A program made the translations under genes and the position numbers. From a bacterium (GTDB lineage Bacteria; Actinomycetota; Acidimicrobiia; Spongiisociales; Spongiisociaceae): a stretch of 64,000 nucleotides of DNA. The notes under the pieces are model-generated. The model was not told where the DNA came from and searched no databases. It saw nothing but the letters and a program-made list of their open reading frames with translations. How positions within the stretch are numbered: position 1 is the stretch's first letter; each line of letters starts with the position of its first letter. This document shows positions 1 through 8,681 of this stretch, piece by piece. The stretch is taken from assembly GCA_026710435.1 (NCBI GenBank), contig JAPOQZ010000231.1:12959-76958 (forward strand). The letters are read 5' to 3'.

Positions 1-104
1 ATCCGTTGCGGTACTGCCCCGACACGGCTGTGACCAGGGCGCAGATGGCCACCCTCCTGACCCGGGCTCTTGATCTCATGTCCGAGTCGAGCGTTGATAC
101 CTGA
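1..104 (+). CDS. 3' end of a gene that starts left of the window; the C-terminal peptide looks like an S-layer-homology (SLH) repeat
   Basis: Frame 3 is open from the window edge to TGA at 102-104. The peptide ...DTAVTRAQMATLLTRALDLMSESSVDT contains an SLH-like TRAQMAxxLxRAL motif. Only 33 codons are visible. Confidence 0.3.
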   Translation, partial: PLRYCPDTAVTRAQMATLLTRALDLMSESSVDT

Positions 105-332
105 GAACCCGTGCACGACGGAACTTCCGGTCGTACACCGCTATCGTCGATTACTCACAGGTGCGTGGGGGATTATCCGTTGTCAGACGACCCGGCAGCG
201 GTTTCCGCCGGATCCCACAACCCAGCCACCATACAATCCGACATTGCGGCACCGGACACTTGGCGGGGCTGCACGGTTATCACGATGCGTTGTATACTGA
301 TGGTTGAACACACAATTGAGTGGAGGAGAGCC

Positions 333-518
333 ATGGCTTCTGTTCCTACTACCGACACGGACGCCGGAGAGTTGACACTGGCTGACCTAGACGCATCCGT
401 GGGGACGAATCCCGACAGGACCGGTGATTTTGAGGCCGGGCGAACGCATTTCCACGCCAGCAGCGATGACTTCCTCGAGTGTCTCGAATCGCAGCCCTTC
501 GAGCGGGATAACGACTAG
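333..518 (+). CDS. small acidic hypothetical protein (61 aa), possible antitoxin-like partner of the next ORF
   Basis: ATG at 333 follows GGAGGAG by a few nt. The ORF ends 12 nt before the next ORF. The product is acidic (MASVPTTDTDAGELTLADLD...). No family was recognised. Confidence 0.35.
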   Translation: MASVPTTDTDAGELTLADLDASVGTNPDRTGDFEAGRTHFHASSDDFLECLESQPFERDND

Positions 519-530
519 CCCACACCACGG

Positions 531-830
531 ATGCCAACTCATGAAGAGTCTGGCTCGTTCCTGAGTGACGTACGCCATCTAACGCCGGAGCAGCGGATCC
601 GCTTCCTCACGGCCCTGCGAAGGTTCATTGATGACCTTCGGGCAATGGAGGCGGGAGAGCGGCGCTGGTTCCGGCCGGGGCTTCGCGTGAAGGGAGTGCG
701 GGAAGCACCGGGGTTGTTCGAGATGACATGGGCGCCTGATGGGCGAGCGACGTTCTCTCTCGGGGCTTCACAGAAGGGTGGTTTGCGGCATGTGCAGTGG
801 GAACGTTGCGGGGATCACAGCATTCTGTAG
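531..830 (+). CDS. RelE/ParE-fold-like putative toxin (99 aa)
   Basis: The C-terminal half, GLFEMTWAPDGRATFSLG...HVQWERCGDHSIL, resembles the beta-strand core of RelE/ParE-superfamily toxins. It is tightly coupled to the upstream small ORF. Confidence 0.4.
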   Translation: MPTHEESGSFLSDVRHLTPEQRIRFLTALRRFIDDLRAMEAGERRWFRPGLRVKGVREAPGLFEMTWAPDGRATFSLGASQKGGLRHVQWERCGDHSIL

Positions 831-1078
831 GAGCGGCCATCTTCGATACCTCAACGAGATCGGACGGCCTGGCTCAGCAGGAAACAGGAAGCGATCAGCC
901 CGGACCAAACGACTATCACGGTCGGGGCACTAATCCGAGGAGCAACATTCTCGTCGCCCGAAGTTCTGGGTCCGTGTTGCGGAGGCCAGTCCCAAACCAA
1001 AGGCAATGCTCGGTAGCCAAGTACGAGAGTCACATTCTCAGGTCACTGGAGGGTCAACTGGAAGGGCCGACCTAGTCC

Positions 1079-1354
1079 TCACTCAGGACCCATCTTCGAC
1101 ACGTACTTTCGCTGAGCGGCTTGCTTGGAAATGCCGAGCATCGCTCCGATCTCTGACCAGGTGCGCTGAGTGCGGCGGGCCGATCGAACTGCTGCAGTCA
1201 GATCATCCTCGACATCAGCGCGCAGCCGGGCCAGCGAGGCGATCTCCCGTAGTGCTTCGGTATCGGCATGCCTGAGTTCAGATGGGTCAACACGGTCAGC
1301 CCACTCCTCCAGTGCCTGCGCCCGTTCATCTCTTGTGTTGCTCATTTGATCCAC
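1079..1354 (-). CDS. helix-turn-helix protein, antitoxin-like (91 aa)
   Basis: The C-terminal WSEIGAMLGISKQAAQRKY is a classic HTH. It overlaps the upstream small ORF by 13 nt. Confidence 0.55.
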   Translation of the reverse strand: MDQMSNTRDERAQALEEWADRVDPSELRHADTEALREIASLARLRADVEDDLTAAVRSARRTQRTWSEIGAMLGISKQAAQRKYVSKMGPE

Positions 1355-1578
1355 CAGCCTCTTAGGAACTTCTTGCGAGCCTTTATGGCGTGGATGATCG
1401 CCGTACCTTCATCGTCAGCGACAACTCCGACCACCAACGGTTCTGCTGTGATGGAAGAACCGATGAACATCGTCACATCCGGGTCGTCTGTTTCATATGC
1501 TCGCCCCCGAAGTCGTAGTGCATGCAGCATGTCCTCGTCGGGAACACCGTGCTTGCGTGCGCTCGCTTCTACGTGCAC
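1342..1578 (-). CDS. BrnT/DUF497-like putative toxin (78 aa)
   Basis: GTG start at 1578. ARKHGV...ED near the N-terminus and IIHAIKARKKF near the C-terminus match the KHG and ISAR-K-A layout of BrnT-type toxins. It is the first gene of a two-gene cassette. Confidence 0.45.
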   Translation of the reverse strand: MHVEASARKHGVPDEDMLHALRLRGRAYETDDPDVTMFIGSSITAEPLVVGVVADDEGTAIIHAIKARKKFLRGWWIK

Positions 1579-1605
1579 GGTGCAATTCTTCCGAGACCAA
1601 CGTTA

Positions 1606-1631
1606 TTACCGTCAACATATGTTGACGGTAA
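1606..1631. promoter_or_regulatory. perfect 26-bp palindrome TTACCGTCAACATATGTTGACGGTAA, candidate operator of the toxin-antitoxin cassette
   Basis: I checked the reverse complement by hand and it is identical. It lies 28 nt upstream of the GTG at 1578, and each arm carries a TTGACG hexamer. Confidence 0.6.
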
Positions 1632-2093
1632 GAGGTCGTTGAGAAGTCGTCGTGCGGCGGTCGGATCCTGCGGTCGGCAAGCATGGTTGGGATCGGTTTA
1701 GGACTTGGAAGGTTGGCGCCTGCCTCTACGTCCGCGATGGACAATCGGGGTGACAACCGCCCTGGGCCGGACGAGGCCGAGGTGGGACTCTCAAGTGAGA
1801 GCTCGAGCGCTCGTCTGGTTCTTGGACGATCCCCTTTGTGGCTTGTGCCTTCCCGAACTACGGCGTGTCCACGATATCCGCAGTCGTTACGGGATCGCGG
1901 CACCCCGTGGTTGGTCTGTGGGGCGGCGGTGGGATATGGCGCCGCAAGCGGCGTCAATGGCAAGGACTCGCCGACGGAGGCGTACCCGCCGGGGTACGTC
2001 GAGGAGGCAGGACGCAGCCAGGGGCGTCGACGGCGGCCCAGAGTACGCCGCCCGCAACGCAGGACCGACGACGATCAAGCTAGCTTTGGTCCA

Positions 2094-3281
2094 ATGACTT
2101 CCAAGGTGCATGGCACCCTTCCGGCCGGCGCGGAGTTGGTGATAATCGGCGCCGGGATAGCGGGCGCGTCCACGGCGTTCTGGGCGGCCCGGGCAGGGCT
2201 GTCGCCGGTGGTTCTCGAGGCTCTGGCGGCGCCGGCTGCGCTCACCACCCCGGTCGCCACCGGGGCGTTCCGCTTGCAGTTCGATAACCCGGAGGAGACC
2301 GAACTGGTGCGGGAGTCGGTGGACCTGATGCTGAACTTCACGGAGATCACCGGCCAGGATTCACGGCCGTTGGGGGTCCGCCAGCCCGGCTACATCTGGG
2401 CGACCACGTCCGGGGAGCGGGCGGAGGGACAGCGGCGGCTGGTGGCTCGCCAGCATTCCTGGGGGCAGGCCGATATCGAGATCCTCGATGGTGACGAGGC
2501 CCGCCGCATGTTCCCCTACCTCAGCCCCGATGTCGTCCAGGCCCGCTACCGGGCGGGCGACGGCTTCGTCGATCCCAGGGCCCTGACTCTCGGACTGCTG
2601 CGTGCGTCGGGAGCCCCTGTACACACGTCGTGCCGGGTGTTGTCCCTCCGGGATCGTCCCTCCGGGGGTTTCGACGTCACTACCAACCACGGTGCCATCC
2701 GGGCGGAGCAGGTGGTGATCGCCGCCGGACCCTTCACCGGGAAGCTGGCCTCCCTCACAGGGGTGGACCTGCCCCTGGAGGTGAAACCACGCCACAAGGT
2801 GGTGGTTCCCTCCCTGGCGCGGGTGCCGCCCGACGCCCCCATGACCATCGACGACGACACAGGCGTGCATTGGCGTCCCGTCCTCTCGGGAGCCCACGTG
2901 CTGGACGCTGCTCCCCGGGGACCGGGTAGGCAGCCGGTGGAGGATGTCCCTCCCGACCACGACATGGCCTTCCGGGTGCTGGATCCCTCCCGTTCGGAGG
3001 CGGCCGCCCGGATCAGTCCCTTCTGGGGCGAGGCCTGGAGGGCAGGGGAGTTCTCGTGGATGGTTCACTCCGGGCAGTACACGATGAGCCCCGACCACCG
3101 TCCCCTAATCGGGCGGACCCCGATCGACGGACTGTGGGTGAACACCGGATACTCCGGACACGGCATCATGTGCTCCCCGGCAGGGGGACGCATCCTGGCG
3201 GACCTGATCACCTCACGGCTGGAGGACTCACCCTTCTCTCCCGACCGGACCTTCGAGGACAGGAGCTTGGACCACCTCTAG
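2094..3281 (+). CDS. FAD-dependent oxidoreductase (DAO family; D-amino-acid / D-hydroxyproline / sarcosine-oxidase-beta-like)
   Basis: The N-terminal Rossmann motif is VIIGAGIAGASTAFWAARAG and the C-terminal motif is GYSGHGIMCSPAGG. I chose the ATG at 2094 inside the longer ORF 1683..3281 because the dinucleotide-binding fold starts right after it. Confidence 0.8.
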   Translation: MTSKVHGTLPAGAELVIIGAGIAGASTAFWAARAGLSPVVLEALAAPAALTTPVATGAFRLQFDNPEETELVRESVDLMLNFTEITGQDSRPLGVRQPGYIWATTSGERAEGQRRLVARQHSWGQADIEILDGDEARRMFPYLSPDVVQARYRAGDGFVDPRALTLGLLRASGAPVHTSCRVLSLRDRPSGGFDVTTNHGAIRAEQVVIAAGPFTGKLASLTGVDLPLEVKPRHKVVVPSLARVPPDAPMTIDDDTGVHWRPVLSGAHVLDAAPRGPGRQPVEDVPPDHDMAFRVLDPSRSEAAARISPFWGEAWRAGEFSWMVHSGQYTMSPDHRPLIGRTPIDGLWVNTGYSGHGIMCSPAGGRILADLITSRLEDSPFSPDRTFEDRSLDHL

Positions 3282-3585
3282 TTTCCCGAGAGCGGGCAGG
3301 CCTTGGGACTGTGACCGTGGATTCCGTGCGGTCTCGGCTAGTGTCCCGGCACCAGATTCGCCATCGATCCACGTACGTGCTGGACATTCCACAGGGTGCT
3401 GGTTGAAGATAGGTCGGGAACCTATTTGGTTGATACTGTCGTGAGTAACCAGGAACCAGAGTCGATGGATGTTTCGCTTCCGCTGGCGGCGACCAGCAAG
3501 GAGGTGGTCCGTGAGATGTCCGATCCAGCAAGGCCACCCGTCGACGGTTCATCTGTGGTCGGCACCTGGGCTATGACCGTACCGA

Positions 3586-4181
3586 TCAGTAGGTGAAGGC
3601 ACCGGAGATGGCTGTGGCGCCGTCGACGGAGGCTTCGATACGGGCGGTGTCTTGGTGGGTTTCGGCGTCGATCCGGAGCCGGACTCCGGGGTAGACGGGT
3701 TTGGAGAAGCGCACCGTGGCTGCGGACAGGTCGGCCGGGTGGGCGCTGACAGCCCCGGCTGCGAACCATCCAGGAGGTGAAGTTGGGCAGGTGAACCACC
3801 ACCACCCGCCTCGTTTCGCCGGCGATCGCACGGATCTTGCGGGCTGCGTCGCCTGCCGCGTTCCAGAGATCGGCCCGTGACAGGTAGTCGGGGCCGCCAA
3901 CCAGGGCCAGATCGTCTGCGGACCTCGGTGACATGGGACTCGAAGCGATCCACCAGCCGCTGGCCGGTCCACCATCCCGCCCGCCGGTAGCCTGCCGCGG
4001 CGCCGCCGGTCACGAGTTCCTCCGAGGCTGGTGGCGCCATGGCGTCGATACGCAAGCGCGCTATCCCGGGAGGCACAATCGTCCCCGCATTACCGGAACG
4101 GTAACCGCTGCAAACGAGTACGGCACCGTCGAGAGCTGCATGATGCGTGGCTTGACAATCCGCAGGGCCCGGCCCGATCAC
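3586..4181 (-). pseudogene. decayed gene fragments: an adenylate-forming-enzyme N-terminus split over two frames, joined to a hot-dog (MaoC-like) C-terminal fragment in a third frame
   Basis: Frame a reads ...GYRRAGWWTGQRLVDRFESHV. Frame b reads DDLALVGGPDYLSRADLWNAAGDAARKIRAIAGETRRVVVVHLPNFTSWMV, which is an EntE/acyl-CoA-ligase N-terminal pattern. Frame c reads TVRFSKPVYPGVRLRIDAETHQDTARIEASVDGATAISGAFTY. No single frame spans all three pieces. Confidence 0.4.
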
Positions 4182-4205
4182 GCTGACCGCGCTGAAGGAG
4201 CCCGT

Positions 4206-4312
4206 CTAGGACGGTGCTGAACAATGACGATTGCTCGGGCCTGCCGCCCGCCACCCCAGGCATTTTGCCGGCGGTTGGCAGGCCGCTGGTGGATTGCTCA
4301 GCACCCTCCTAG
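4206..4312 (-). repeat. nested-palindrome intergenic repeat, copy A (107 bp, reverse orientation)
   Basis: Its reverse complement is nearly identical to copy B. Both ends carry CTAG: CTAGGACGGTGCTGAAC...GCTCAGCACCCTCCTAG. Confidence 0.9.
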
Positions 4313-4527
4313 GAGGGTGGTACGAGTGAAGTTCGTAGTATGAAGGTACGCAGCACAGACTCACCGTAGGGGATAAGTTTCGACGGGGCCCGTTCGGGCC
4401 CCCTCCTATGCGATTGAGGGGGTGCGCGGATAGGCGGACGGGGTTACCCTCGCCGTGAGAGCCTCAGCTGTTGCCACGTACGAAACCCCTGGCCATAGCC
4501 GTAGAGTCGCCAGATGGATCGGGGGGT

Positions 4528-6084
4528 TTACTCCCGGATCAGCGTGCGGGCCTGCTCCCGCACGTAGGAGCGCATGTACCAGGGACCGCCGCTGCCGGCG
4601 CCCGAGGTACCGGAGCTTTTCCAACCGCCGAAGGGCTGGATGTCGGGCCACGCACCGGTCGTGGACCCGGCCCGGCGGTTGGCGTAAACCACCCCGGCCT
4701 GGATGCGCTGGAAGAACCTGTCCACCTCCTCGTCGGTGCCGGCGAAGACCCCGGCGGTGAGCCCGAAGATCGTGTCGTTGGCCTTGTCGATCCCCTCGTC
4801 CAGAGAGTCCACAGGGGTCACCGCCACGAACGGCACGAACAACTCCTTCTCCCAGATCCAGGTCTCCTCCGGTGCGGTCACCACGGTGGGCTGCACGAAG
4901 TTGCCCCGCGCCATGTCGCCATCGGTGACCACCTCGCCCCCGGACAGGACCTCGCCTCCGGCTTCCCTCACAGCTTCCACCGCGGAACGGAAGCGGTCCA
5001 CCGCCTCCTGGTCGATCACCGGCCCCAGGAAGGTCTCACGGTCGCGAGGGTCTCCCAACCGGACCTCGGCGGTCTTCTCGGCGAGAAGACCGAGGAAATC
5101 CTCGAAGGCGGGCCTCTCCACGTACACACGGGAGTTGGCGGAGCACTTCTGGCCCGACAGCCCGAAGGCAGCACGCATCACCCCTTCGGCCGCCTGGTCG
5201 AGGTCGGCCGTGGCGGTCACCACCGCCGGGTTCTTGCCGCCCATCTCGCACACGACGGGCTTGGGACGGCCGGCGGCCACCGTCCGGTAGAGGTACATCC
5301 CGACGTCGTAGGAACCGGTGAAGGTGACCCCGTCCACATCGTCGTGATGGGCGAGCCGGTCACCCGCCTCGTCGCCCCCGGTCACCACCTGGAGAGCTCC
5401 GGCGGGCAGCCCCGCCCGGGCGTAGATGTCGGCCAGCAGCAAGGATCCGAGGGCGCCGGTGTTGGACGGCTTCAGCACCACCGTGTTGCCGGTCAGCAGA
5501 GCCGCCGAAGTGGGGCTGGCCACCAAGGCCAGAGGGAAGTTGAACGGGGAGATGACCGCCCACACGCCCCAGGGACGCAGCACCGAGTGGTTGGTGTCGC
5601 CCACCCCGTACTGTCCCATGGCCGTCGCCAACCCGTCGGACTCCTCGAGACGGTCGCAGTAGTAGTCCATGAAGGCCACCGCTTCGGAAACGTCGCCCAA
5701 CGCCTCGAGCCGGTTCTTCCCGATCTCGAGGGTGAGGAAGCCGGCCAGGGTAGGGGTCTCCTCCTCGACGATCGCAGCGGCTCGGCGGATGATGGCCAGC
5801 CGGTCCTGCCACGGTGTAGCCTCCTACTCCGCCTGGAATGCCTGGGAAACGGCTACGGCCCCGTCCACATCGTAATCGGAAGCCTGCGAGTAGATCCCCA
5901 CTACGAGATCAGAATCGACGGGGGACCGCTCGGTGAATGTCTCGCCGGTGTACCGCTTCTCACCGTTGATGATCAGCGGATGGGTCTGCCCGATACGGGA
6001 GCTGGCGGCGGTCAAGCCCTCCTCGTAGGCGTGGTGGAGCGCCGGATCGTCGGCCGACATGGTGGCGTAGGTAATTCTTCCCAT
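4528..6084 (-). pseudogene. aldehyde dehydrogenase (1-pyrroline-5-carboxylate / semialdehyde dehydrogenase-like) interrupted by one in-frame TAG at 5824-5826
   Basis: ORFs 5824..6084 and 4528..5700 and the 123 nt between them are all in one frame (1557 nt). The translation reads ...AVAVSQAFQAE*EATPWQDRLAIIRRAAAIVEEETPTLAGFLTLEIGKNRLEALGDVSEAVAFMDYY... and continues through a complete ALDH. Confidence 0.8.
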
Positions 6085-6322
6085 TGTTCCTTACCTTGTG
6101 CGCGAATTGCTGGAAAACGACTCCAGAACTTAGCATGCGTTCCCCCTACCTCTGATGGTCTGTCTCTGAAATGATTCGACGCGCCCTGCCAGCCGGCGAC
6201 GCCCTTCACGGCGTTCCGGTTCCTCAACGTACCGCTGCGGGTACGCCCTTGCCGGCGGGCCTTGCGAGAAACGCCGCTGCCGGCGCCTCCCACACCGCCA
6301 CTCCCCATGCAGGCCACCGTCC

Positions 6323-7342
6323 ATGACCTTCATCCGCCGGTTTCATACGATCGACTCCCACACCGGAGGTGAACCCACCCGGGTAGTCACCGACGGGTTC
6401 CCGGCGCTGGAGGGAGACACCCTGCGGGAGATGGAGGCGGATTTCCTGGCCAACCACGCGGATGTGGCCAGGATGCTGGTCGGCGAACCGCGCGGGCACG
6501 CTCCGTTGCACGCCGTCGTGCCACTCCCGCCGATGCATCCGGAAGCGGATCTCTCCATACTGATCCTGTCCGCGCTCGGTTCGCTGACCATGTGCGGCCA
6601 TGCCTTGATCGGGACGGTCACCAGCCTGGTGGAGATGTTCAGGATCCAACCGGTGGAGCCCGTGACCAGGCTGGTGGTGGAGACCCTCAGCGGCCTCGTC
6701 GTGGCCGACGCACACGTGGAGGGGACCAAGGTTCGTTCGGTCACCTTCCAGGGAGTGCCCTCCTGGGTGGCATTGACGGGTGTCAAGGTGGAGGTCGACG
6801 GACGTTCCATCGTTGTGGACATCGTTTTCGGGGGTCTCTGGTTCGCGCTGGTCCGGATCGAACAGGTCGGTCTGCCGATCTCAGTGGAGTCGGTGCCGAA
6901 CCTCGTTGCCCTCAGCCATCGGATCCGCTCGGAGGTGAACGGGGCACTCCGGAGTCGGGCCGACTTGCCGCCGGGAACTCCGGACCGGGTCGATCAGTTG
7001 CTCTACGTGGGACCACCCAGCAGCCCGGGCGTCGACGGGCAGAATCTGGCGACGTCCACCGGCCTGGGATTCGACCGCTCCCCCTGCGGGACCGGGAGTT
7101 GCGCGCGTATGGCCTGGCACTTCGCGAGGGGGGAACTGGGCGTGGGGGAAGCCTTCGTCCACGAGAGCGTGCTCAACACCACCTTCACCGGCACGGTCAA
7201 GGCCGAGACAGCAATCTCAGGACGGAGCGCGATCATCCCCACCATCACCGGCTCCGCCTACCTGACCGGCTTCAACCAACTGGTCCTCGACCAAGGCGAC
7301 CCCCTGGGGGAGGGTATCTTCATCCCTGCCGCTGGGGGATAG
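6323..7342 (+). CDS. proline racemase family protein, probably a 4-hydroxyproline 2-epimerase or proline racemase
   Basis: N-terminal HTIDSHTGGEPTRVV. Both catalytic cysteine contexts are present (LTMCGHALIG and DRSPCGTGSCARM). Confidence 0.85.
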   Translation: MTFIRRFHTIDSHTGGEPTRVVTDGFPALEGDTLREMEADFLANHADVARMLVGEPRGHAPLHAVVPLPPMHPEADLSILILSALGSLTMCGHALIGTVTSLVEMFRIQPVEPVTRLVVETLSGLVVADAHVEGTKVRSVTFQGVPSWVALTGVKVEVDGRSIVVDIVFGGLWFALVRIEQVGLPISVESVPNLVALSHRIRSEVNGALRSRADLPPGTPDRVDQLLYVGPPSSPGVDGQNLATSTGLGFDRSPCGTGSCARMAWHFARGELGVGEAFVHESVLNTTFTGTVKAETAISGRSAIIPTITGSAYLTGFNQLVLDQGDPLGEGIFIPAAGG

Positions 7343-7493
7343 GCATCTGATCGTGGTTCCCGCGGCTAGCCGCTCCGTAATTCAACTGGACCTTCTCCGG
7401 GGGTAACGTTGCCGTAGCTGCCGATACACGGTTCCGAACCGGCGACGTCACCCTAGGGTAGACTTAAGGGAGCCGACGGCCTGGAAGGGGGGG

Positions 7494-8681
7494 TTGGTGC
7501 TTCGTCCGCGTCTCACCAGGCTGCAAGCTACCGAGTTCCGCTCGCTCGCGAAGGTCGACATTCCCCTCGGTCCCTTGACCGTGCTAGTAGGTCCCAACGG
7601 TTCGGGAAAGACCAACGTACTCAACGTGCTCAGGTTCCTGGCTTCGACAGTCCGCTTCGACTTAGCAAGTGCTATCGATGAGTGGGACGGATTTCACTTT
7701 ATCAAACGGCAGGGGCTGAACAGGGCCAGAAACGTGAATCTACGAGTCTCGGGCCTGTTGACCGATCACGCAAGCCGCACTGCGCTGGACGTGTACGAGT
7801 TGAGGTTCACCCAAGACGTTGCTGGGATTCTGTCACGACGTGAGTCCTTCACATTCAAGGGTACGCCCGGAAGAGGACGACGGAGGAAGATCGAGGTGAA
7901 GGGAACCCAGGCAGCGATTGGATCTGAGGACATCTGGCAGCTGGCAACTGGCCAGACAACTGTCCTCGCCACGCTGCCACGGCTCGCTGACGACCAAGGC
8001 GGAGCAGGCATTCGAAAACTGGCCGACTTCCTGTCCTCAATCCGCGTACTTGAGCCGGACATGGTGGCAGCGCGACGGCCCTCCCGAATGGTCAAAGGTC
8101 GTTTAGCGGACGATGCGGGCAACCTCGCCGCAGCCTTACACAGTCTTTCCAACGGGGACCCCGAATCGTTTGAAAGCCTGATGTCCGAAATGCGTTTCTG
8201 CCTGCCCGGCCTCGACTCCATCCGCTTCGAGCCCGTCGGGGGGCCCGGCAAGGCAGTGGCTGTCGCGCTACACGAGAAAGGTATTAGGTTGCCGGTGTAT
8301 CTGGAGGAAGCATCGTTCGGTACGGTCCGAATGTTGGCGCTCTTGACGGCCCTCCATGAACCTGACCCGCCACCGTTCACCGGGATCGAAGAGGTCGACC
8401 ATGGCTTGCATCCATGGGCAATCGATATCCTGGTCGACCGGCTGCGTGCCGCGTCACAGAACTCACAGATCCTGATCACTACCCACGCACCTACTCTCGT
8501 AAACCGCCTTAAGCCTCTGGAGTTGGTCGTCTGCGACCGTGACCCAGACACCGGAGCATCCGTGATTCCATGTATCAACAGCGCTCAGGTCCTCGCGGCC
8601 GAACAGGGCGCGGACGGTCTGAGGCCAGGAGAACTCTGGTTTGCCGGAGCCTTGGACGGAGTCCCACGCGGTACCTCCTGA
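7494..8681 (+). CDS. ABC/SMC-type AAA ATPase (AAA_15/AAA_21-like), first gene of a putative two-gene defence module
   Basis: Walker A is GPNGSGKTN at residues ~33-41. A long insert follows, then FTGIEEVDHGLHP (Walker B/D-loop-like) and ILITTHAP (H-loop). The start is TTG 7494 or GTG 7497, right after a G-rich RBS. Hand counts of two 60-nt stretches gave 52-53% GC, against ~65% in a nearby metabolic gene. Confidence 0.8.
   Translation: MVLRPRLTRLQATEFRSLAKVDIPLGPLTVLVGPNGSGKTNVLNVLRFLASTVRFDLASAIDEWDGFHFIKRQGLNRARNVNLRVSGLLTDHASRTALDVYELRFTQDVAGILSRRESFTFKGTPGRGRRRKIEVKGTQAAIGSEDIWQLATGQTTVLATLPRLADDQGGAGIRKLADFLSSIRVLEPDMVAARRPSRMVKGRLADDAGNLAAALHSLSNGDPESFESLMSEMRFCLPGLDSIRFEPVGGPGKAVAVALHEKGIRLPVYLEEASFGTVRMLALLTALHEPDPPPFTGIEEVDHGLHPWAIDILVDRLRAASQNSQILITTHAPTLVNRLKPLELVVCDRDPDTGASVIPCINSAQVLAAEQGADGLRPGELWFAGALDGVPRGTS

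Noticed and set aside
1683-2093. N-terminal extensions offered by the ORF track, for example 1683..2093 ahead of the FAD oxidoreductase, 18678..19877 ahead of mgsC, 42432..43241 ahead of the DppD-like ATPase, and 12198..12281, 15022..15099 and 51686..51859.
   Set aside because: Homology and cofactor-binding motifs begin at internal starts that have an RBS or overlap the upstream stop. The extensions overlap upstream genes out of frame or are low-complexity.
4385-4402. GGGGCCCGTTCGGGCCCC hairpin as the intrinsic terminator of the aldehyde dehydrogenase gene.
   Set aside because: It lies ~125 nt past the stop, has essentially no loop, and is not followed by a U-tract on the relevant strand. 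The evidence is too weak to annotate.
5824-5826. In-frame TAG as a pyrrolysine codon.
   Set aside because: No pylT/pylS/pylBCD-like genes are in the window, and the host enzyme is not a methylamine methyltransferase. The position fits a simple TGG-to-TAG nonsense change. I kept it as a finding to verify, but do not call it recoding.
4471-6174. Very long ORFs on the strand opposite well-supported genes. Examples: 4471..6174 +, 10515..11849 +, 18233..19102 -, 19827..21245 -, 21319..22383 +, 26358..27581 -, 42936..44075 -, 53584..54990 -, 55639..57294 -.
   Set aside because: Their translations are Arg/Gly/Pro/His-rich low-complexity strings with no recognisable motifs. The overlapping ORF on the other strand has clear family signatures. 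These are typical shadow ORFs of a high-GC genome.
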